Shown here piece after piece: positions 44,080-51,020 of a stretch of DNA of 64,000 nucleotides. The position numbers were made by a program, and so were the translations under genes. This stretch comes from Clostridia bacterium (lineage in GTDB: Bacteria > Bacillota > Clostridia > Christensenellales > CAG-138): positions 6,607 to 70,606 of the forward strand of contig JAZUMK010000030.1 of NCBI GenBank assembly GCA_045603585.1, read 5' to 3'. The notes beneath the pieces are model-generated. The model was not told where the DNA came from. It did not search any database and saw nothing but the letters and a program-made list of their open reading frames with translations. Positions within the stretch are counted from its first letter, which is position 1. Each line of letters begins with the position of its first letter.

Positions 44080-45675
44080 TTAGCGCTTGGGGATGCGGAT
44101 GGTGCTGATATCGAACATGGAAGCGGTAACAGCGTTTACGAAGCCCTCTACATCGGAGCGGTAAGCAGCGATCTGGTTACCAACAACGGTGGGGAAGAGG
44201 ATGCACTCGTCAGCCAGCCACTGCTGCATCTCAGCGAAGCGAGCGTGCATGTCAGCGGTATCAACGCCTTCACGTACGTAGTTGGCCTTCTCGGTGTAAG
44301 CTACGCCGTCATAACCGTACTGGTTCTGAGCGCCGCCATCAGTGTGGTAACGGTCGATCTGGTACAGCAGAGCGCCGGTGTAAGGTACGTAGTTGATGAA
44401 GAGGTCGAAGTTGCCTTCGTTCAGCAGAGCGTTGAAGTTAGCGGACTCAACGATCTCGATTTCAACCTGAATACCGAGGTTCTGCATCAGGGAAGCCTGA
44501 ACGGCCTCAGCCTGGGCCTTACGTGCGGTGTAGGTCAAGATCTTGATGGTGCCGGGGAGACCGAGAGCTTCGTACTCAGCCTTTGCAGCAGCGGGATCAT
44601 AAGCGATGGGGGTAACGGCATCGGAGTAACCGATAGCAGCGGGAACAACCCAGTTGTCGCTCTTTACGCCGCCCAGACCGCCTTCAAAGGCGATGGCCAG
44701 CAGGGCATCCTTATCGATGGCCTTTGCTACAGCCTTACGGGCATCAGCATTGGTCCAAGTGTCACGACGCCAGTTGTAGCCTACGAAGAAGCCGGAGGCA
44801 CCAGCCTGGATGTCAACTACTACATCGGAGTTGGCCTGCAGAGTAGAAGCGGAAGCAGCTGCTACTTCGAGGTTTACGTCGATTTCGCCGGATTCAAGAG
44901 CGGTAGCACGGGTAGCTTCCTCGGTGATTACCTTGAATACGAAGGTCTTGGTGGGGAAGTTTTCTACGCCGCCATAGTAATCGTCAAAGCGCTCGATGGT
45001 CCAGGATACACCAGCCTCACGGCCTGCCCACTTGTAGGGGCCGCAGCCGATGGTACCGGCTTCCTCACGGGGAAGGGTATCAAAAGCTTCCTTGGAGTAG
45101 ATCTGAATCTGCAGATAGTCAGCAAAGTCAGCCATGGGAGCTACGAGGTGGAAGATAACGGTGTAGTCATCAACGATCTCAATGCTCTCTACCATCTTGT
45201 CAGCGTTGGGGATAGGAGCCTTTACGTACTCGCTTACGGTCTTAGCCTCGTTCCAGGTAAATACTACGTCTTCAGCAGTGAAGTCGGAGCCATCGTGGAA
45301 CTTAACGCCCTGGCGGAGGTGACCGGTCAGAGCGGTGTTGTCCTCATTGTACTCCCAGCTTTCCATCAGCACGCCGTCCAGCTGCTTGGTGGCATAGTTC
45401 CACCAGGTGAGGGTGCGGAAGGTGCAGTTGGTGGTCATCAGCTTTGCAGAAGAAGCAGAATAGTAGGGGTCTGCAGAGTTGATGTCGCCCATGTAGGAAA
45501 GATAAACGGTGTCTTCGTACTCAACAGCCTCGTCAACGGGGGCGGGAGTAGCAACAACGTCGCTTACCTCGGGGGCGGCCTCGGGAGCAGCTTCTTCAGC
45601 AGGTGCGCTGCTGCAGCCGACGAACATGGTCAGCACGAACAGAACGCTGAGAGCCAGAGCCAAAATTTTCTTCAT
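44080..45675 (-). CDS. Family-5 (peptide/nickel/opine-type) ABC substrate-binding lipoprotein
   Basis: The lipoprotein signal is MKKILALALSVLFVLTMFVGC. The size is about 530 aa. I place the start at ATG 45675 because an AGGAGG lies upstream. Confidence 0.88.
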   Translation of the reverse strand: MKKILALALSVLFVLTMFVGCSSAPAEEAAPEAAPEVSDVVATPAPVDEAVEYEDTVYLSYMGDINSADPYYSASSAKLMTTNCTFRTLTWWNYATKQLDGVLMESWEYNEDNTALTGHLRQGVKFHDGSDFTAEDVVFTWNEAKTVSEYVKAPIPNADKMVESIEIVDDYTVIFHLVAPMADFADYLQIQIYSKEAFDTLPREEAGTIGCGPYKWAGREAGVSWTIERFDDYYGGVENFPTKTFVFKVITEEATRATALESGEIDVNLEVAAASASTLQANSDVVVDIQAGASGFFVGYNWRRDTWTNADARKAVAKAIDKDALLAIAFEGGLGGVKSDNWVVPAAIGYSDAVTPIAYDPAAAKAEYEALGLPGTIKILTYTARKAQAEAVQASLMQNLGIQVEIEIVESANFNALLNEGNFDLFINYVPYTGALLYQIDRYHTDGGAQNQYGYDGVAYTEKANYVREGVDTADMHARFAEMQQWLADECILFPTVVGNQIAAYRSDVEGFVNAVTASMFDISTIRIPKR

Positions 45676-45790
45676 TTTGCGTTTCCTCCTGATTTTTTTG
45701 TTTTTTTGTAAGGTCATTGATAAGCAACTGGGGTTCAACAATTTCTTTTCATTGAATAACTTACTCGATTTGTACAACTCACTCGATGTT

Positions 45791-45892
45791 AGTATATAAG
45801 TCAGTCAAAAAAAAGTCAAGATAAATATTGACAAATACCATATAATAGAAATATAATATAAGTTTAAACATTCATTAACAAATTCAATGAAA
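45791..45892. promoter_or_regulatory. Bidirectional promoter/operator module, copy 3
   Basis: Core sequence: AAAGTCAAGATAAATATTGACAA (45812-45834).
- Minus strand: TTGACT, 17-nt spacer, TATACT (45796-45791), pointing to the ABC operon.
- Plus strand: TTGACA, 18-nt spacer, TATAAT (45852-45857).
- Palindrome-like ATTCAATGAAA at 45882-45892. Confidence 0.5.
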
Positions 45893-45966
45893 AAGTCAGC
45901 AAGCGATTTGCGGCGATTTTACATTGAGAAATTCACCGAAAGATTTAACAAAAAGCAAAACTTATT

Positions 45967-46035
45967 ATTATAAATAGATTTTTTTTGATTGTCAATCATG
46001 ATTTTCTTGACTTTGCGTGATTGCAGTGATATGGT
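45967..46035. promoter_or_regulatory. Bidirectional promoter/operator module, copy 4 (inverted relative to copy 3)
   Basis: Core sequence: TTGTCAATCATGATTTTCTTGACTTT (45989-46014).
- Plus strand: TTGACT (46007-46012), 17-nt spacer, TATGGT (46030-46035), pointing to the 3-hydroxyacyl-CoA dehydrogenase gene.
- Minus strand: TTGACA, 17-nt spacer, TATAAT (45972-45967). Confidence 0.5.
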
Positions 46036-46128
46036 AACAATTAGTCTTGATGATCAGCTATACAGTTTGTCTTGCTTGCTAACTCAACTTTACAACTCAC
46101 TCACAATTAACAGGAAAGGGATTCTTGT

Positions 46129-47001
46129 ATGGAACTGAATTCTATTAAGCATGTATGCGTGGCGGGCTGCGGCACTATGGGCAGACAGATCGCCATGAAC
46201 GCTGCCATTTACGGATACGATGTAAAGATTTACGATCTCAGCGAGGCTTCCAGAGAAAATTGCAGGAAGTGGAGCGAGGAGTATCTTCAGGGCCGTATCG
46301 ACAAGGGCCGCATGACCGTAGAACAGGTCGAGGATATCAAGAGCCGTTTCAATATACTTGATTCTTTGGAAGCTGCTGCTTCTGATGCGGATCTTGTAAT
46401 TGAGACCATTGTTGAGATTGAAGATGTTAAGAGGAGTTTCCTTAAGCAGGTAAGCGCAATTGTACGCGAGGATACTATCCTTGCCAGCAATTCCAGCTAT
46501 ATGCCTACTTCTCTTTTTGCCAATGATGTTGTAAACCCCGGCAGAATGGCAAACCTGCATTATTCCAATCCTGCCATCGTTATGAAAATGGCTGAAATCG
46601 CCTCCGGTGAACACACTGCGAAAGAAACCGTGGATACTCTTATGGAGTTTGCACGTTCAGTGGGCAAGGTGCCTGTTTGGATCCGTAAGGAGATAGATGG
46701 CTTTATCGGCAATAGAATTAAGCGCTGCGTAGACAGAGAAGCAAGATGGCTGGTTGAAAATGGCTATTGCACTCCTCAGGATGTTGATACTGTGCTTGAA
46801 ACCGGCTATGGCTATCCCAAGGGCCCCTTCAGGCTGTTGGATATGACCGGCGTTGATCTGGCTTTTGTTGTGCTTCGTGAGAAGTATCAGAAGACCGGTA
46901 TCAAGGATCCCGGCTACGATATGCTTGAAGAGATGTATAATGATGGCCGCTGGGGCGTAAAGACCGGCAAGGGCTTCTATGATTATACGGACAAGAAGTA
47001 A
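46129..47001 (+). CDS. 3-hydroxyacyl-CoA dehydrogenase family protein (second copy in the locus)
   Basis: It has the Rossmann motif VCVAGCGTMGRQIA. At 290 aa it has an Hbd-like architecture, but it is clearly divergent from the hbd at 30928-31770. Confidence 0.88.
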   Translation: MELNSIKHVCVAGCGTMGRQIAMNAAIYGYDVKIYDLSEASRENCRKWSEEYLQGRIDKGRMTVEQVEDIKSRFNILDSLEAAASDADLVIETIVEIEDVKRSFLKQVSAIVREDTILASNSSYMPTSLFANDVVNPGRMANLHYSNPAIVMKMAEIASGEHTAKETVDTLMEFARSVGKVPVWIRKEIDGFIGNRIKRCVDREARWLVENGYCTPQDVDTVLETGYGYPKGPFRLLDMTGVDLAFVVLREKYQKTGIKDPGYDMLEEMYNDGRWGVKTGKGFYDYTDKK

Positions 47002-47124
47002 TACGTAATTAATAAAATAGAAAGCAAAAACAAATGGGTTTGCCGTAAAACAAAAGTTTTACAGCAAACCCTATTAATTTTGAACCAATCATCTTAAACT
47101 GATCAGGCCGGGGCTGTGTTATAA

Positions 47125-47613
47125 TTACAGCCATGTTATGCTGTGCTGATCATTGCCGGTGCGAGGCGGCCGGTCATCCTTTACAAAAAAAGCGGCGGAC
47201 GCAGTACAGAATACCTGTTGGGTTTCCATATGATGAATATCCATGCTGGCATGTATAAGCTTGCGGCCCTCATTTGTCAAAGTGGCGCGTATTACTATCG
47301 GGTCATTACCGCAGATGCTTCGTACATAGTTGATATTTATATTGGTAGTAACGCATGCCTTGATATTCATGTATGACCTGCACAGTATACCGGCACAGGA
47401 ATCCAGCAGCCAGGCTATTGCACCACCGTGAAGATAATTGTAAATGTTCATTTCGCCCGGAGACATAATATGGGTAAGCTCTAATTGCCTCTGTTCTGCA
47501 TTACAGGCATAAAACTCAAGATTATGAGCGGGGATACCTGCATAGTGGGAGTTGTAATGGGATACATTTTGTTTCGCTCTTTCGGTAAGCTCCTGCTGAG
47601 TAGGTTTAATCAT
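47125..47613 (-). CDS. PaaI-family hotdog-fold thioesterase
   Basis: The 162-aa protein has NIYNYLHGGAIAWLLDS (the HGG motif). Confidence 0.78.
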   Translation of the reverse strand: MIKPTQQELTERAKQNVSHYNSHYAGIPAHNLEFYACNAEQRQLELTHIMSPGEMNIYNYLHGGAIAWLLDSCAGILCRSYMNIKACVTTNININYVRSICGNDPIVIRATLTNEGRKLIHASMDIHHMETQQVFCTASAAFFVKDDRPPRTGNDQHSITWL

Positions 47614-47780
47614 TGTATAAAAACTCCTGAAAATAAATGAGGATGGAACAAATCAAACCGGGGGATACCCGGTTTGATGGGATATGCATAAATTCCTGTT
47701 ATAAAATCGTGCGCAGCATGCGATAAAAACGACAAGCTTTCATGGAAAGCAGCCGATTTTATATAACTGATTATACGGGC

Positions 47781-48551
47781 CTAAACGGCAACTTCCGCAT
47801 TGGATGCCGCGGCCTTTTTATCCTTCAGATACCACGGCAGATATGCAAGGCCGAACATGAGGGTGATTACCGCCACTATGATGGCAACCCGCAGAGCGTA
47901 GTTGGGGGGCAGAATATCCAGCACGGAGGGGGCGCTTTCGGGGCGGGCCATGTAGAGGTAGTTTGCTCCGGGAATCATGATGTTTACCCATGTTGCAATG
48001 CCTGCCATTATCCACAGCGCACAGTAGGAGCGTATCATCGAGCGTATATTGGGCCTGAATCCATGGACGAAAATCATATAGAAAATCGCCACATAGCCCA
48101 GGGTATGCTCCAGCCAGAACTGATAATAGCGGAAGCGGGTGGGGCCGCAATAGGTGAGGGGAGTGGGGGTGAGCAGGGCAAACAGGGAGCCGGACAGCAG
48201 CCAGAAATAGGCGATGTCAAACAGCTTCTGGCTTTTGCCGATTATCATGAAGGAGCAGAAGATCACCGCCCAGCCGCATACGCCTATGGGAAGATTGGAT
48301 ATGGGGCCTTCGGAAAGCCAGGGGCAGGCCGCCAGACGCCAATAGAAGGACATATCGCATATGATAAGCATAAAGCCCAGTATATAGCGTATGTTGGTTT
48401 CATAGCGGGAGTTTCTCAGGGGCTCGCGATACCTGTGCAGCAAGAACAGCGCAATGAGCAGCAGCAGTATGGGGGCAAAATGGGCGGGGGTGAATATCGC
48501 AAACTCCGGCTCGGTTCCCACGCCGAAAAAATAGGTCAAAAATTCTTTCAT
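47781..48551 (-). CDS. Conserved integral membrane protein (YwaF/TIGR02206-like, from memory)
   Basis: It has about seven hydrophobic segments. I place the start at MKEFLTYFF. Confidence 0.65.
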   Translation of the reverse strand: MKEFLTYFFGVGTEPEFAIFTPAHFAPILLLLIALFLLHRYREPLRNSRYETNIRYILGFMLIICDMSFYWRLAACPWLSEGPISNLPIGVCGWAVIFCSFMIIGKSQKLFDIAYFWLLSGSLFALLTPTPLTYCGPTRFRYYQFWLEHTLGYVAIFYMIFVHGFRPNIRSMIRSYCALWIMAGIATWVNIMIPGANYLYMARPESAPSVLDILPPNYALRVAIIVAVITLMFGLAYLPWYLKDKKAAASNAEVAV

Positions 48552-48663
48552 AAGAGTTCTCCGCAAGTTTATTTATTTAATTGTACCATATCATATACCT
48601 CTGAGGTTATATATAAATACGGAGGTACAGTGAGGGCGTGCCCCGGAGAAGGGCGTTTTGCAT

Positions 48664-48692
48664 TAAAAAAGCACCGCAAGGTGCTTTTGTGC
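48664..48692. terminator. Bidirectional intrinsic terminator
   Basis: AAAAAAGCACCgcaaGGTGCTTTTG. Confidence 0.75.
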
Positions 48693-48707
48693 GTGATGCA
48701 ATATTCG

Positions 48708-49175
48708 CTATGTGCGCAAGGTGGCCCTGAGGCGGTCGGTTTTGATGAGCAGGTCAAGGGCATCCTCTATCGATGTAACCACCACGTCCGCATGGGACAG
48801 CAGAGCGCCGCAGCAGCCTTCCCTGCCTATAACGCATATGGAAAGGTCGCACACATCCGACATCTGAATGTCATTGAAGCCGTTGCCGATGCAGGCCACG
48901 CCTCCGGTAAGCTGGCGGGCTTCCTCTGCCTTGATTTCGCCGACACGGGTGGTGGGAAATGCCCTTACCTCAAGGGGAAGACTTCCGCAGTTTTTTGCTG
49001 CGGTGCCGTGGGTGTCGGCGGTGATAACGTAAATATCCAGATGTTTGCTGAGAATTTCCAGCTGAGGAATGATTTCGGGTATCACTTTGCCGTCAAGGGC
49101 GATGGTGCCGTTATAGTCCAGTATAAGATGGCTGATGGTGAATTCATCGCGGCCGGGAATACGTATGGTAAACAT
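48708..49175 (-). CDS. HAD-superfamily phosphatase-like protein (soluble P-type-ATPase-like)
   Basis: It has LILDYNGTIA (the DxxGT motif) and the C-terminal GNGFNDIQM (the GDGxND-like motif). Confidence 0.7.
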   Translation of the reverse strand: MFTIRIPGRDEFTISHLILDYNGTIALDGKVIPEIIPQLEILSKHLDIYVITADTHGTAAKNCGSLPLEVRAFPTTRVGEIKAEEARQLTGGVACIGNGFNDIQMSDVCDLSICVIGREGCCGALLSHADVVVTSIEDALDLLIKTDRLRATLRT

Positions 49176-49432
49176 GATTTTACCTCGTAACTTTAAATTG
49201 CGGGAGCTGCGTCATAAATTGACGTAACTCAATAAGCAGAGTAGCATTTTTAATGGAAGCATGTCAACCGGCTTCCTTTTATTTGAGCGGATATCCAGAT
49301 AAATATGTAAAACCATGGTATAATATTAACACCGAATAATCGGGGGGGGGCGCGCTGAACATGGCAGCAATTCGATATAAAGATTTGCGCTTCAGCTGCT
49401 GAACTGCACTGCAAAACCCTGAGGAGACCGAC

Positions 49433-50701
49433 GTGGGAAGACTTATCTTTCATGTTGATGTAAACAGCGCCTTTCTTTCATGGGAGGCGGCAAAGCGGGT
49501 AAAAGAGGGCGGCGAGGATATCCGCCTTATTCCCTCTGCAATAGGAGGGGACAGGGAAAAGCGCACAGGCGTAATACTTGCAAAGTCCATCCCCGCGAAA
49601 AAATTCGGAGTAAAGACCGGCGAGCCTGTGGGGAGCGCATTGCGCAAATGCCCCGACCTTTTCCTTGCAAAGCCGGATTTTCGCCTGTATGAGCAGAACT
49701 CCCGGGCGTTTATCGCCATATGCAAAGAGTATGCCCCTGTTGTGGAGCAGGTGTCCATAGACGAATGCTTTCTGGATATGAGCGGAACGGAGCGCATCTA
49801 TCCCGACCCATACCAAATAGCCCTTACCATAAAAAATACCATACGGGAAAGGCTGGGATTTACCGTAAACGTGGGCATCAGCGTCAATAAGCTGCTTGCA
49901 AAAATGGCCAGCGATTTTGAAAAGCCGGATAAAATACATACCCTGTTCCCCGAGGAAATATCCCAAAAGCTGTGGCCTCTCCCGGTGGGCGAGCTGTATA
50001 CCGTTGGAGCGGCTACCGCTGAAAAGCTGAACAGGGAGCGCATAATGACCATTGGCGACCTTGCCAATGCGGACGTAAACAGGATAAAGGCCATACTTGG
50101 CATCAAGCCCGGGCAGCACATACATGATTACGCCAACGGCACAGATGATTCTCCGGTGCTTTCAGAGCCTGAGGATGCCAAAGGATACAGCAATTCCACC
50201 ACCCTTTCCAAAGACGTGGTCACGGCCGAGGGGGCGTATAAGATACTGCTGGCATTGGCGGACAGCGTGGCGGCCCGCATGCGCATGGATGGCGCCAGGG
50301 CGCGCTGCGTATCCGTATCCATACGGGACAACACCTTCAAGACCCGCTCCCATCAGCGCAGCCTGAAGGATGCCACCGACGTTACAAATGAGATATACCA
50401 CCTGTGCAGGCAGCTTTTTGACGAGCTGTGGGATAAAAGAACACCCCTGCGCCTGCTTGGCGTGGCCCTTACGGATATAGACCGCACAGGCGGCAGTCAG
50501 CTGTCGTTTTTTACAGATGAACGCAGGGAAAAACAGCAAAAGCTGGACCGCGCGGCAGATGCCATCCGGGGCAGATTCGGCTCGGGGGCCATTGTCAGGG
50601 CATCCACGTTTGATCCGGATATAAATGTGGGCAGGAAGCATAAGGCTCAGGCGGATCTGAAAAATACCCAATCCGCACACACGGAGCCGCATAAAAAGTA
50701 A
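49433..50701 (+). CDS. dinB: DNA polymerase IV (Y-family)
   Basis: It has IFHVDVNSAFLSWE, SIDECFLDMSG and ISVNKLLAKMASD motifs. It uses a GTG start. Confidence 0.9.
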   Translation: MGRLIFHVDVNSAFLSWEAAKRVKEGGEDIRLIPSAIGGDREKRTGVILAKSIPAKKFGVKTGEPVGSALRKCPDLFLAKPDFRLYEQNSRAFIAICKEYAPVVEQVSIDECFLDMSGTERIYPDPYQIALTIKNTIRERLGFTVNVGISVNKLLAKMASDFEKPDKIHTLFPEEISQKLWPLPVGELYTVGAATAEKLNRERIMTIGDLANADVNRIKAILGIKPGQHIHDYANGTDDSPVLSEPEDAKGYSNSTTLSKDVVTAEGAYKILLALADSVAARMRMDGARARCVSVSIRDNTFKTRSHQRSLKDATDVTNEIYHLCRQLFDELWDKRTPLRLLGVALTDIDRTGGSQLSFFTDERREKQQKLDRAADAIRGRFGSGAIVRASTFDPDINVGRKHKAQADLKNTQSAHTEPHKK

Positions 50702-51020
50702 TACGTATAAAAAACTGATATAAAACTACAAAAATCTGCCAAAAAATTTCCGAAAAAAGTTGACAAATGTAATACGAAAATATACAATCAATATAACGTA
50801 TTATATGCGTATTATATTTGTGAAAGGAATTGACGGCGCTGTGTATGCCAATCATATGATTGTGGCAGATAAACAATGGGGCAGGCAGGAGAGCTTCTGC
50901 TCTGTTTGTGCTGTAATGGATTCCTGCACCCACATGATAACTATGCACTACGTTATATAATACATAATGTAGTGCATTTGTTATACAAAAATATTATTTA
51001 GGAAAGGATTCTCACTTGCA

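Noticed and set aside
49361-49402. A 13-codon upstream ORF (MAAIRYKDLRFSC) in the dinB leader.
   Set aside because: It has no convincing Shine-Dalgarno sequence and no features of a known leader peptide. It probably occurs by chance.
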